Source: Candidatus Multivoradales bacterium (GTDB lineage: Bacteria > Acidobacteriota > Thermoanaerobaculia > Multivoradales > JAHEKO01). From it: a stretch of DNA of 64,000 nt. Below the pieces are notes generated by a model. It did no database searches and was not told the DNA's origin. It worked only from the letters and a program-made list of their open reading frames with translations. Location: assembly GCA_965223155.1 (NCBI GenBank), contig CBDCVR010000014.1, forward strand, positions 96,001 through 160,000, given 5' to 3'. The stretch's first letter is position 1; the number at the start of each line of letters is the position of its first letter. A program made the translations under genes and the position numbers. Positions 39,217-49,334 of this stretch are shown here, in pieces.

Positions 39217-40551
39217 ATGAGCACGCTTTCGACCATTGTCAAGCGCTCGGGCGAGATCGTCCCTTTCGACGCCGAGAAGATCACGGTGGCCATCTACAAG
39301 GCCGGAGCCGCGCTCGGGAACCACGATCGCGAGCTGGCGGAGACACTAAGCCAAAAGGTGATCGCGGCCGCCGAAGCCACCTACTCCGCCGAACTGCCGC
39401 CGACGGTCGAGAACGTCCAGGACATCGTCGAGCGGGTCCTGATCCGGGACGGCCACGCCGAGATCGCCAAGGCCTATATCGTCTATCGCCACGAGCGCGC
39501 CCAGATGCGAAGCCTCCAGGAGACCGGACGCCTGGAGACGATCCCGTACAAGCTCATGTGGCAGGCGCTCGACTGGGCGGTCGAGAACGAGTGCCATACC
39601 GTCGAGCACCTCAACGCGACCATCGGTGCCGGCGGGTTGCCGGATCTCATCGCCAAGGCGGACGGCTTCTACGACGCCATGATCGAGGCGGCCGCCGAAG
39701 CCATCCTGGAACGCCGCGGCGAGCTGCGCTTCGTCATCGTCTCGGGACCCAGCTCCTCGGGCAAGACCACGACCACGATGAAGCTACGCGACCGGCTCGA
39801 AGCCGAAGGGCTCCACGTCATCCCGATGGGTCTCGACAACTACTTCTTCGATCTGGAGCTTCATCCCAAGGACGAATTCGGGGACTACGACTTCGAGACG
39901 CCCGAGGCCCTGGACCTGCGCTTGATCAACCGGCATCTGGCCGCCGTCGATCGCGGCGAGGCGATCGAGATGCCCACCTACGACTTCAAGACCGGCAAGC
40001 GCACCGAGACCACCAGCCGCTTCCGGCCCGAGCCCGACAGCCTGGTCCTTCTGGACAACTTGCACGGCCTCTACGACGGTCTGACGGAGAGCGTCGCCGA
40101 GGGCCGCAAGTTCAAGATCTACATCGAGACCATCAGCCAGCTCAAGAACCTGGACGGCAACTACATCCGCTGGACCGACATCCGGCTATTGCGGCGCATG
40201 CTGCGCGACAGCCAGTTCCGGGGCTACCCTCCCGAGAAGACCATCCTGCACTGGCACTACGTGCGCCGGAGCGAGCTCAAGCACATCATCCCGTATCAGG
40301 CTCGTGCCGACTACCAGGTCAACAGCGCGTTGCCCTACGAACTGCCGTTCCTGAAGGCCCGCCTGTTTCCGCACCTCGAGCCGTTCCTGGAGACCCACCG
40401 GGGCGACGAGCGGCATCTCGACGGCTACCTGCGGGCGCGGCGGCTCCATCGGCTCTTGAAATCCATCGAAACCGTGGACGACGACTCGCTGGTGCCGCCG
40501 ACGTCCCTGCTGCGCGAGTTCTTGGGTGGCAGCGCCTACCAGGTCCACTGA
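39217..40551 (+). CDS. ATP-cone + uridine/nucleoside kinase-like P-loop protein
   Basis: IVKRSG..VPFD.EKI ATP-cone, GPSSSGKTT, DNYF, DFETPEALD and RLLRRMLRD motifs. Confidence 0.82.
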   Translation: MSTLSTIVKRSGEIVPFDAEKITVAIYKAGAALGNHDRELAETLSQKVIAAAEATYSAELPPTVENVQDIVERVLIRDGHAEIAKAYIVYRHERAQMRSLQETGRLETIPYKLMWQALDWAVENECHTVEHLNATIGAGGLPDLIAKADGFYDAMIEAAAEAILERRGELRFVIVSGPSSSGKTTTTMKLRDRLEAEGLHVIPMGLDNYFFDLELHPKDEFGDYDFETPEALDLRLINRHLAAVDRGEAIEMPTYDFKTGKRTETTSRFRPEPDSLVLLDNLHGLYDGLTESVAEGRKFKIYIETISQLKNLDGNYIRWTDIRLLRRMLRDSQFRGYPPEKTILHWHYVRRSELKHIIPYQARADYQVNSALPYELPFLKARLFPHLEPFLETHRGDERHLDGYLRARRLHRLLKSIETVDDDSLVPPTSLLREFLGGSAYQVH

Positions 40552-41302
40552 CCTGCAGCTCGGGTCGCCGGCGGAGCCGCTGATTCGGGTCCGGGATCTC
40601 ACCAAGACCTACCTCGAGGGCACGAAGCGGCACGCGGTCCTGGAAGGGGCCGCACTGGACGTCGAGCGCGGCGAGCTGATCGCCATCCTTGGAAGGAGCG
40701 GTTCTGGGAAGTCGACCCTGCTCCACTTGCTGGCCGGCCTCGATCTCCCGGACGCCGGCAGCATCCACATCGCGGGTACCGATCTGCCGGCGCTGTCGGA
40801 AACCCAGCGCACCGTCTTTCGCCGGCGCCACATTGGCCTGGTCTTCCAATTCTTCAACCTTGTGCCGACCTTGACGGTCTCGCAGAACCTGCTGTTGCCC
40901 CTGGAGCTCACCGCCGGTTTGGGAGCAGCAGAGCGGGCCCGCGCCGCGGGGATCCTGGAACAGGTCGGGCTCGGCAACCGAGCCTCGAGCTATCCGGAGC
41001 GCCTCTCGGGCGGCGAGCAGCAGCGGGTGGCGATCGCGCGGGCCCTGGTCCACCGTCCCCACCTGATCCTGGCCGATGAGCCCACGGGCAACCTGGATGC
41101 CGATACCGCCGCCGAGATCCTGGCCCTGCTGGAACGGCTGGTGCGCGACGAAGGACGGACCCTGGTCATGGCGACCCACAGCCGCGGCGCCCTCGAGAGC
41201 ACCGACCGGGTCCTGAAGATCGACCACGGCCGGGTCGTGGAAACCGGGACCGATCCGGCCGGTTCCCTCGATTCGACCGGCGAAAGCGGGACAGGCCCCT
41301 GA
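40526..41302 (+). CDS. ABC transporter ATP-binding protein (LolD/MacB-like)
   Basis: [24 protein letters not shown] and DEPTGNLD. Start uncertain. Confidence 0.92.
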   Translation: MAAPTRSTDLQLGSPAEPLIRVRDLTKTYLEGTKRHAVLEGAALDVERGELIAILGRSGSGKSTLLHLLAGLDLPDAGSIHIAGTDLPALSETQRTVFRRRHIGLVFQFFNLVPTLTVSQNLLLPLELTAGLGAAERARAAGILEQVGLGNRASSYPERLSGGEQQRVAIARALVHRPHLILADEPTGNLDADTAAEILALLERLVRDEGRTLVMATHSRGALESTDRVLKIDHGRVVETGTDPAGSLDSTGESGTGP

Positions 41303-43953
41303 GCCGCCTGACCTGGATCGCGGCCGCCGGCCACTACCGCCGGCACCCCGGCCAGCTCCTGCTGGCTCTAGCCGGCGTCGCCCTCGGAGTCGCGGTCTTC
41401 GTCGCCATCGAGTCCGCCAACGGCTCGGCCCTGGCCTCCTTCGAACGCTCGACACTGGCGGTGACCGGCCGCGCCACGCATCAGATCGTGGGCACCGACG
41501 CACTGGTCCCCGAGTCCCTCTACACGCGCCTGCGTACCGAGCTGGGCATCCGCCGGGCGGCGCCAATCATCGAGGGCTTCGCCTGGGCCGGCACCCGCGC
41601 CCGACATCCGAAGCCCCGAGATCGGCAGGCCGGATCTCCGGAGGATCCGGCGGGGATGCCGGCGAACGGACGGCCCGTGCGAGTCCTCGGCATCGACCCC
41701 TTCGCCGACGCGGCCTTCCGCGATGCCTTCCGCAACGAGGCGGCGGCCGAGCTGGATCTGGCGTCCTTCCTTCGCCGGCCGACCGCCCTGGTCTCGGCCG
41801 CTACCGCGCGCGACCTCGGCGTCGGCGTCGGCGAGCCGCTAGTCGTTGCCGCCGGCGGCCGCAGCCAAGACCTCACAATCGGCGTGACGTTCTCGTCCCG
41901 GGACGCCTTCCGGCGCCAGGCCGGCCGCGACCTCCTGATCCTGGACGTCTTCCACGCCCAAAGGATCTTCGGGATGGGCTCGAACCTGACCCGCATCGAC
42001 CTCCTGCTGGACGGCCCCGACTGGGATCGGGAGCAAGCCCTGGCCGCCATCCGGGAGATTCTGCCTCCGGGTACCGAGATCGCCAGACCTGAAAGCCGGA
42101 CCGCCGCCGCCGGCGAGCTGACCCGCGCCTTTCGCCTCAACCTGCGCGCCCTGAGCCTGCTCGGCCTCCTGTGCGGAGCGTTCTTGATCTACAACACGAT
42201 GACCTTCGCCGTCGTGCAGCGCCGCCCGATCCTGGCACTCCTGCGGGCACTGGGCGTGACCCCCAAGAGGCTCTTCGGCGTGGTCCTGGCCGAGGCGGCT
42301 GCCGTGGGATTCGCCGGCGGCTGCCTGGGCCTCGCCTTCGGCCGGCTGCTGGCCGGGCGCCTCCTGGTCCGAGTCGAACAGACCCTGGACGACCTCTACT
42401 TCACGACCGGCAGCATCTGGATCGAACCGCCGCCCTGGCTGACTCCGGCCGCCCTGCTTCTAGCCGTCGCCGTCGCACTGCTGGCCGCTCTCGGACCGGC
42501 GGTCGAAGCGCTGCGCGCGGCGCCGGGACCCGCTCTCGCCCGCGCCACCCTGGAGACCAGGTGGCGCGCCGCCCTTCCCAAGCTGACTGCCGCGGGCGGC
42601 GTGCTCGTGACGCTCGGTGCCCTCGCGATCTGGAGCCAGCGCGGCGGCCTGCCGACCGCCTTCGCAGCGCTCTTCGCGATCCTGGTGGGACTCGCCCTGA
42701 CAACGCCCCTGGCCACGGTCGGCTTGAGCCGCCTGGTCGCGGCTCCGGCGGAACGCACACTTGGAGGACTGGGACGCATCGCGGCCGCGGGCGTTGGGGC
42801 CTCGATCAGCCGCACCGGCGTGGCCGTCGCCGCCCTCGCCGTGGCGATCTCGGTGACCCTGGGCGTGGATCTGATGATCCGGAGCTTCCGGTCCACCGTC
42901 GACGAGTGGCTCCTCTATTCGCTTCCGGCCGACCTCTACGTCTCCTCGACCGCCAGCTTCCGGGGGGCCTCGGGGACCGCTCCACCGGCCCTACGCGAGA
43001 GCGACCTCGACGTCTTGCGCACGGCGCCGGGGGTCGTCCGCGTCAACACCGTCCTCGAGACCAGGGTCGAATCGGCGGTGGGTGCGGTGCGCCTCCTGGC
43101 CCACGATCTCGACGCCCGCGGCCGGAGCGCCTTCCGCTTCCGGAGGGCCCGGCCGGAGGACGCCTGGCCCGGCTACCTCGCGGGCACGGCGGTCCTGATC
43201 TCGGAGCCTCTTGCAAGCCGGCACGGACTCGGTCCGGGCGACACCCTGCGGCTCGAGACCCCGTCCGGCCCGGTGCACCCGCAAGTCGCCGCCGTCTTTT
43301 ACGACTACGCCAGTGAGCGGGGCACGGTCTTGATGTCCTGGGCGCGCTATCTGGAGCTCTGGCCGGAGGGCCGGCGCCGGCCGGGTCGGACCGCGGCCGC
43401 CCTCTATCTCGAGCCCGGATCAGACCCGGACGCGGCCCGCACAGGCGTCGCGCGCCGGCTGGAGGCGGGCCGGAGCGTCCCGAACCGAAACCTGGCGGTG
43501 CGCTCGAACGGAGCCCTGCGCCGGCGCTCGCTCGAGGTCTTCGACCGCACCTTCCTGGTCACCAACGTGCTACGCCTGCTGGCCGTGACCGTGGCCTTCA
43601 TCGGTGTCTTGGCCGCCCTCACCGCCCTGGCGCTCGAACGAAGGCGCGAGCTGGCGGCGCTCCGCGCCCTGGGCCTGACTCCCAAGCAGCTCTGGGGGCT
43701 GGTCACCTGCCAAAGCGCGCTGCTCGGGCTCTTCGCCGGGCTTCTCGCCCTACCCATGGGAGCCGTCACCGCCGCCCTCATGACCTTCGTCATCAACAAG
43801 CGCTCCTTCGGATGGTCGATGGACCTTACGCTGCCCGTGGAGTCGCTGGCCTTCGCCCTGGCCCTGGCGGTGGGCTCGGCGCTGCTGGCGGGCCTCTATC
43901 CGGCCTTCCGGCTCGCGCGCGCACCCGTGGCCGAGGCGCTACGGAGCGACTGA
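41299..43953 (+). CDS. Duplicated FtsX/MacB-type ABC permease
   Basis: The open frame extends upstream of the 41461 ORF call through a first TM segment (LLLALAGVALGVAVFVAI) to a CTG at 41299 that overlaps the upstream TGA. Two FtsX-like repeats. Confidence 0.85.
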   Translation: MSRLTWIAAAGHYRRHPGQLLLALAGVALGVAVFVAIESANGSALASFERSTLAVTGRATHQIVGTDALVPESLYTRLRTELGIRRAAPIIEGFAWAGTRARHPKPRDRQAGSPEDPAGMPANGRPVRVLGIDPFADAAFRDAFRNEAAAELDLASFLRRPTALVSAATARDLGVGVGEPLVVAAGGRSQDLTIGVTFSSRDAFRRQAGRDLLILDVFHAQRIFGMGSNLTRIDLLLDGPDWDREQALAAIREILPPGTEIARPESRTAAAGELTRAFRLNLRALSLLGLLCGAFLIYNTMTFAVVQRRPILALLRALGVTPKRLFGVVLAEAAAVGFAGGCLGLAFGRLLAGRLLVRVEQTLDDLYFTTGSIWIEPPPWLTPAALLLAVAVALLAALGPAVEALRAAPGPALARATLETRWRAALPKLTAAGGVLVTLGALAIWSQRGGLPTAFAALFAILVGLALTTPLATVGLSRLVAAPAERTLGGLGRIAAAGVGASISRTGVAVAALAVAISVTLGVDLMIRSFRSTVDEWLLYSLPADLYVSSTASFRGASGTAPPALRESDLDVLRTAPGVVRVNTVLETRVESAVGAVRLLAHDLDARGRSAFRFRRARPEDAWPGYLAGTAVLISEPLASRHGLGPGDTLRLETPSGPVHPQVAAVFYDYASERGTVLMSWARYLELWPEGRRRPGRTAAALYLEPGSDPDAARTGVARRLEAGRSVPNRNLAVRSNGALRRRSLEVFDRTFLVTNVLRLLAVTVAFIGVLAALTALALERRRELAALRALGLTPKQLWGLVTCQSALLGLFAGLLALPMGAVTAALMTFVINKRSFGWSMDLTLPVESLAFALALAVGSALLAGLYPAFRLARAPVAEALRSD

Positions 43954-45264
43954 GTGCGGTCGCAGTCACAGCCCCTGGGCGCCGGCACGGCACGTGAGCT
44001 CGCCGCCCGGCTCGTCCTGCTCGGCCTAGCAGCAGGGATCTCGGCAACGGGCTGCCGCCCGGCCATGGAACCGGCGACCGAGGAAACCACCCACGCTCCA
44101 GCCGACGCCGTGCTCGAGGCGCTCCGAGCCACGCCGGCCGACCTCGCGGGGTTCGAGGTCCCGGCCGAGCCCCGGACCTTCGAGTTCCCGAAGGACCATG
44201 GACCGCATCCGCGGTACCGGACCGAGTGGTGGTACTGGACCGGACACCTCGAGTCCGTTGCCGAGGCCGGCCTCGAGAAACGCCGTTTCGGCTACCAGCT
44301 CACCTTGTTCCGGAGCGCCCTGCCTCCAGTACCTCCACTGGCTCCACCTGCTCCACTGGCGCCGCCGGCACCGGCCGAACCTGCAGCCGCCCCCTCCGAT
44401 TTCGACTCCCGTCCCTCCAGCCGGTCGAGCTGGTCGGTCGATCAGCTGTACATGGCCCACGCCGCGCTCACCGACGAGTCCGGCGGCCGCTTCCTCCACG
44501 CCGAGCGCTTCTCCCGAGGAGGCGCCGGACTGGCGGGCGTCGAAGCCGAGCCCTTCCGCGCCTGGCTCGACGACTGGAAGGTCGCCGGAGCGGCTCCCGA
44601 CCGGGCGCGGCTCGAGGCGCGCCTCGACAACGCGGCCCTCGAGCTCGAGCTCCAGCCGGGCAAGCCGATCGTTCTCCAGGGCGATCGCGGCCTGAGCCGC
44701 AAGGGCTCGCGCCCCGGCGCCGCTTCCTACTACTACACCCTGCCGAGGATCCCGACTTCCGGCACCATTCGCATCGGCGAGCTCAGCTTTGAGGTCCGAG
44801 GATCGAGCTGGCTCGACCGGGAATGGAGCACCAGCCTCCTCGGCGACGAAGAGGCCGGTTGGGACTGGCTGGGCGCGCAGCTCGACGACGGCCGCGAGGT
44901 CATGCTCTTCCGGCTCCGCGACCGCGCCGGCGCGACCCTGTACGCGGGCGGCACGCTGGTCGGTGCGGGCGGCTCCGGACGCACCCTCGATGTCGAAGGC
45001 TTCATTGCCGAGCCTGTGGAGGGGCGTCTCTGGACCAGCCCGAAGACCGGCATCCGCTACCCCGCCGGTCTCCGCTTCGTTCTCCCGGCCGAAGAGCTGG
45101 AGCTGATCGCGGAGCCGACCGTGGCCGACCAGGAGCTCCAGGGCGACTTCGTCTACTGGGAGGGCTCGACCCGGGTCCGGGGGCATCTCGGCGGCACATC
45201 GGTACGCGGCCGCGGCTACCTGGAGCTCACCGGCTACGGTCCGGACGGGCGATCACGGCGCTGA
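43954..45264 (+). CDS. AttH/CrtC-like lipocalin-fold lipoprotein (ABC-associated secreted hydrolase)
   Basis: FPKDHGPHP.YRTEWWY, FGYQLT.FR, SYYY, WLDREWS, GWDW, YWEG and GYLELTGY motifs; lipobox ATGC. Confidence 0.85.
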   Translation: MRSQSQPLGAGTARELAARLVLLGLAAGISATGCRPAMEPATEETTHAPADAVLEALRATPADLAGFEVPAEPRTFEFPKDHGPHPRYRTEWWYWTGHLESVAEAGLEKRRFGYQLTLFRSALPPVPPLAPPAPLAPPAPAEPAAAPSDFDSRPSSRSSWSVDQLYMAHAALTDESGGRFLHAERFSRGGAGLAGVEAEPFRAWLDDWKVAGAAPDRARLEARLDNAALELELQPGKPIVLQGDRGLSRKGSRPGAASYYYTLPRIPTSGTIRIGELSFEVRGSSWLDREWSTSLLGDEEAGWDWLGAQLDDGREVMLFRLRDRAGATLYAGGTLVGAGGSGRTLDVEGFIAEPVEGRLWTSPKTGIRYPAGLRFVLPAEELELIAEPTVADQELQGDFVYWEGSTRVRGHLGGTSVRGRGYLELTGYGPDGRSRR

Positions 45265-45289
45265 GCCGGCAGAAGTCCGCGAACCCGTC

Positions 45290-46315
45290 TTAGGGGCTTC
45301 GGTCGAACTCGACGCAGGGAAAGAGCTTCTCTTCGGGAACGCGCCGGCCCAGCTCGTCGGCGACGAAGGTCAAGAGCTCGGCCTCCCGCTCGGCCGGGTA
45401 GCCGGCCATGCCCCCGCTCTCGACGCCGGTCGCCGCCAGCAGCGCCGAGCCGGGAGCCTGGGCGCGCATCCGGCGGTGAAAGGCCGCGGGAAGCCGAAAG
45501 GGACCGTACCCGACCGAGTGCAGGGCGGGAGCGGGGACTGCCGAGAAGACCCGCTCGAAGAGCTCCCGGTAGTCGGCCCGGAAGGTCTCGCTCCAAAGGA
45601 CGGGATCGAAACGCAACCCCAACTGCCAGCCCTGGCGGGCCAAAGCCGCCATCGCCCGGAGTCGAGCCTCCAGGTTGGGCACTCCCTGCTCGAGGGCCTG
45701 GTGGACCGGATCCGGCGACATGCTGAAAGCCACGACCACGTTGGGCACGACCTCGGTCTCGAGTAGAGCCTCGATCCGCGTGCTCTTGGTGCGCAGCTCC
45801 AGCCAGGCCTCGGGCCGATCTCGAAAAAACGCGAGGGCTTCCGGCGCGAAACCGGTGACCGCGTCGAAGGCCAGGCTGTCGCAGTCGTAGCCCGAAAAGA
45901 ACCAGGCTGGGCCGCTCCCCTCAGCCACCTCCGCCAGGGCTTCTTGGATCTCGGAAAAGAAGTCCTCGTAGTTGACGAAGACGACGTAGTGGGCCGAACG
46001 GAACATGCCCTGGAGGAAGCAATACCGGCAGTCGTAAAGACAGTTCAGCATGTGCGAGAAGTAGAAGTTGACGTCGCCGCCGACGCCGTACGCGGGCGGA
46101 GCCGGCAGCACCCTGCGTCCCTGCTTGCCGGCCAGGATCAGCGCCGGCCGCAGCTTCTGCAACCGGAAGCTCTGCCCGCGCCGGTTCAGGATCTCGCCGA
46201 AGCGGTCGCAGGCGACCACGTCGGCGCGCGGGAACCGCTCCAGGATCGAACGCGTTCGGGGGTGCTCGGCGACCGAGGTCTCGACGTAGATCCTGGCGAT
46301 CGAACGTTGGCCCAT
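45290..46315 (-). CDS. Spore photoproduct lyase-like radical SAM protein
   Basis: NCLYDCRYCFLQG (CxxxCxxC), LELRTKS and LRFDP motifs. Confidence 0.85.
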   Translation of the reverse strand: MGQRSIARIYVETSVAEHPRTRSILERFPRADVVACDRFGEILNRRGQSFRLQKLRPALILAGKQGRRVLPAPPAYGVGGDVNFYFSHMLNCLYDCRYCFLQGMFRSAHYVVFVNYEDFFSEIQEALAEVAEGSGPAWFFSGYDCDSLAFDAVTGFAPEALAFFRDRPEAWLELRTKSTRIEALLETEVVPNVVVAFSMSPDPVHQALEQGVPNLEARLRAMAALARQGWQLGLRFDPVLWSETFRADYRELFERVFSAVPAPALHSVGYGPFRLPAAFHRRMRAQAPGSALLAATGVESGGMAGYPAEREAELLTFVADELGRRVPEEKLFPCVEFDRSP

Positions 46316-46324
46316 GGGCGGTCG

Positions 46325-47129
46325 CTAGTAGCCGACCCGAGCCGAGTCGATTCGGTTCTCGAGCTCGGCCAAGACGGTGGCGGCTCGCGCCTTCGGCGGC
46401 ACCGCCGCCGGCCCGACCGCTACCCCAAGAGCCGCCAGGCGCTCCAAGAGCTCGCGCAGCCGGCGCTCCTGGGTCACGGTGAAGTGCCGGTCCGCGAGCC
46501 AGGGGTCGACTTCGATGGCGCCGCCAACGGAAGTCACCCGCGCCGCGGCGGCCGCCGACGCATCCAGTACCCGGTCGAGCGCATCCAGGTTGGCCTCGAT
46601 CAATCCTGTGACCCGGCCCCGGGTCGCGGAGCCGGCCGGCTGCTCGCGGTTGTCGGAGACCACCTTCAGCACTTGCACCAGCTCGAAGGTCGAGAAGCGA
46701 GCGGCCGCCGAGCAGAACGCGGCGGCTTCCATGTCGTACAGCACCGGCTCCGGGTAGCCGGTCTCGGGCCGGTCAACGGTCAGGACCTCGGCGGCCTGCA
46801 AACCGGTCTCGAAGAGCAGGCTCGGATACCAGGACCGGCCGTCGCCAGCCGTCCCGAATCTTGGCGGCCACGAAGGCGGATCCGATCTCGGCGGTGGCGT
46901 GGCCGGCCACACCCACGTTGATCCAAGCGGCGTCCCGAACCTCACCCGCCTTGGCGAAGGCGTAGGCCGCGCCCGCGGCGCAGGCATTGCGCCCGACGCC
47001 GGTCACTACCAGCCGGATCGACTCCGAGCGGTAGAGGCGAAACGGAGCTGTCTCATCGCTTCCCCGGAGCCCGAGATGGCGCGCGATCGGACGCGCCTCG
47101 GCCGCCAGCGCGACCACCAGATGGATCAC
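46325..47129 (-). CDS. Nucleoside phosphorylase (PNP/MTAN)-like protein, split by a frameshift near 46850
   Basis: The N-part VVALAAEARP...TGVG...INVGVAG (ORF 46773..47129) joins the C-part YDMEAAAF...KVVSDN (ORF 46325..46987). Confidence 0.75.
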
Positions 47130-47953
47130 GCGATGACCTCGGCCAGCTCGGCCGTCAACGCCGCGACCTCATCGTGCCGGCCACGCCGGGCCGCGCCCGC
47201 GCCGTAGATTGTCAGCTTGCGCTCGAGCTCGCGCTCAGCCGCGCGCCGGTCTCCCGCCTCGAGCGGACCGTCCTGCAAAATTCGGAGCAAGGCGCGGATC
47301 CGGTACCGATCCAGGGCCGGAACCGACCGCGAGAGCTGGTCCGGGTGGCCGCCGCGCTTGACCACCAGGGGCTCGTCCACGAACGCCACCGGATACCGGC
47401 AGGTGTAGCGCAGCCACAGGTCGTAGTCCTCGCAAGCCGGGAGATCCTCGTCGAAGAGTCCCAGCTCCAGAAGCGTCGCACGCTCGATCAGCGCCGCCGA
47501 CGGCGAGATCGCGCACAGCGGCAGGCAGCGGCGGAAGATCCGGCCGCCGGCCTTCTGGTGCCGGCGCCCGGGATTGACCCGGACGCCGTTGCGGATCCAG
47601 ATTTCCTCGGTGTGGCAAAGGCGGCTCTCGGGATCCGCGGCCAGGGCCGCGAGCTGCCGCTCGAGCTTCGCCGGCAGCCATTCGTCGTCCGAGTCCAAAA
47701 ACGCCACCCAGCGGCCCTTCGCCGCTCGGACACCTCGATTCCGGGCAGCGCTGACTCCGGCGTTTTCCTGGCGCAAGAGCCGAACCTCCGGGAATCGCTC
47801 TTCGACCATCGCGGCGGTGCCGTCCGTGGAACCGTCGTCCACCAGCAGGACCTCGTCGGCCGGACGGGTCTGCGCGCGTACCGAAGCCAGCGCCGAGGCC
47901 ACCAGCTCGCGGCGATTGAAGGTCGGCACAACGACCGAAACCGTAGACTCCAT
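47126..47953 (-). CDS. Glycosyltransferase family 2
   Basis: SVVVPTFNR, VDDGSTD, ARNRG, FLDSDD and CEDYDLWLR motifs. Confidence 0.92.
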   Translation of the reverse strand: MESTVSVVVPTFNRRELVASALASVRAQTRPADEVLLVDDGSTDGTAAMVEERFPEVRLLRQENAGVSAARNRGVRAAKGRWVAFLDSDDEWLPAKLERQLAALAADPESRLCHTEEIWIRNGVRVNPGRRHQKAGGRIFRRCLPLCAISPSAALIERATLLELGLFDEDLPACEDYDLWLRYTCRYPVAFVDEPLVVKRGGHPDQLSRSVPALDRYRIRALLRILQDGPLEAGDRRAAERELERKLTIYGAGAARRGRHDEVAALTAELAEVIA

Positions 47954-47957
47954 CTCC

Positions 47958-49334
47958 TCAGGCTACCGAATCGGAAGAGCGGTCCGCGGAAAGCGGCAGC
48001 CCTTCCCGGCCCCTGCCGGTGGGAAGCGGCAGGCGGAAGGTGAGCCGCGCCCGCCTTCCGTCCAGGTTCTCGAATCCCAACACGATGCGGGCCGATCGGG
48101 TCCGGCGCCGCGGCTCGGGCTTCCAGATCCGGCTCCCGTCCCGCCGGCGCCGCAGACCCGGCCCGTCCGGCCATTCGGGAAGCCGGCGCAGAGCCGCCCG
48201 GCCGGAGCCGCCGACGCGCAGCTTGCCCATGACGTCGCAGTCCTCGAAGCGCACGAAGCCGCGCCGGTCGATTCGAAGGCGGGGCCCGACGTACTCCTCG
48301 ACCTCGGGGAACAAGACCTCCCGGACCGCCTCCAGGTGCTCGAAGCCATAGAGGCCCACCCGGCGCAGGCCACCGCGGGTGTCGTAGAACGGCACCTCCC
48401 CCGGCTCAGTGGGAAGTAGGGTCGTGCTCTCGGCCCAGTTGTCGAGAGTCCCAGCCAGCACGTACCGCGAGCCATCAATCGGCCGGGCGTGATCGCGGGC
48501 AAGGCGCAAGAAATCGTCCACGTCCTGACGGTCCCGGGCCAGGATGCGAATCGGCTCGCCCTCGCCCAGAGCCTCCTTGAACTCCGTGTCGTCAAACTGG
48601 CAGGACATGGCCGGGATGACGTCCAGACCGGCGCTGTCGTTGTAGTAGCGCTCGAACGCCCCGAATACCTCGGGCAGGTCCCGGATGGGGTTCTCGCGCA
48701 CGATCTCCGGCGTGGCCGCGACAAAGCCGGACCGGCAGGACAGCGGCGGCACCGGCCCGCTCTGCCCGAAGGTGTCGCCGATGAGGTAGAGACCTCGACT
48801 CAGGGCCTCCGAGAAGACCGCCTCGGCGTTGCGAATGCCTTCGACCGCGGCCCAGACGTAGAGCACCGGCTTGCCGTCGATGCGCCAGTAGTTGGGATGG
48901 TCGAAGTAGGGCCCAAAATAGTCCAGGTCGTCCAGGAACATGCGCTCCACCGGCGGCAGGGCAAAGTCGATCGGCTGCCGGTCCGTGGTGCCGCGCTGGA
49001 GCGCCGCCAGCACCGGGTCGTAGAACACAAACCAGCGAGCGCGAGTGCGCCGCACCGCCGGCAAGAAGACCGACTGGAGATTCAGGTCCACGAAGCCGTC
49101 GGCGGCGATCGGCTTGATCCACTCGATGGCGTAGAGAAAGTTGGATCCGTCCCGGCCGGTGTAGCGGTGAACCCACTGCATCTCCTGCTCGAGCACCAGC
49201 GGGTCGGAGCTCCAGGTATAGCCCAGCAGCGGCCGGAACGGGACCATCGGCTGGCCGTTGAGCCAGTAGCACTTGAGCTCCGGCTCGCCCTTGAACCACA
49301 GGTTGAGCTGGCTGATCAGCTTGAGATCGCTCGT
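47958..49334 (-). CDS. GH99/GH71-like glycoside hydrolase-fold protein, paralogue A (probable ACG start)
   Basis: PLLG, FYDPVLA, YFDHPNYWRIDGKPVLYVW, QFDD and DNWAE motifs. GGAGG lies 5 nt before an in-frame ACG at 49334, where similarity to paralogue B begins. Confidence 0.6.
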   Translation of the reverse strand, partial: TSDLKLISQLNLWFKGEPELKCYWLNGQPMVPFRPLLGYTWSSDPLVLEQEMQWVHRYTGRDGSNFLYAIEWIKPIAADGFVDLNLQSVFLPAVRRTRARWFVFYDPVLAALQRGTTDRQPIDFALPPVERMFLDDLDYFGPYFDHPNYWRIDGKPVLYVWAAVEGIRNAEAVFSEALSRGLYLIGDTFGQSGPVPPLSCRSGFVAATPEIVRENPIRDLPEVFGAFERYYNDSAGLDVIPAMSCQFDDTEFKEALGEGEPIRILARDRQDVDDFLRLARDHARPIDGSRYVLAGTLDNWAESTTLLPTEPGEVPFYDTRGGLRRVGLYGFEHLEAVREVLFPEVEEYVGPRLRIDRRGFVRFEDCDVMGKLRVGGSGRAALRRLPEWPDGPGLRRRRDGSRIWKPEPRRRTRSARIVLGFENLDGRRARLTFRLPLPTGRGREGLPLSADRSSDSVA

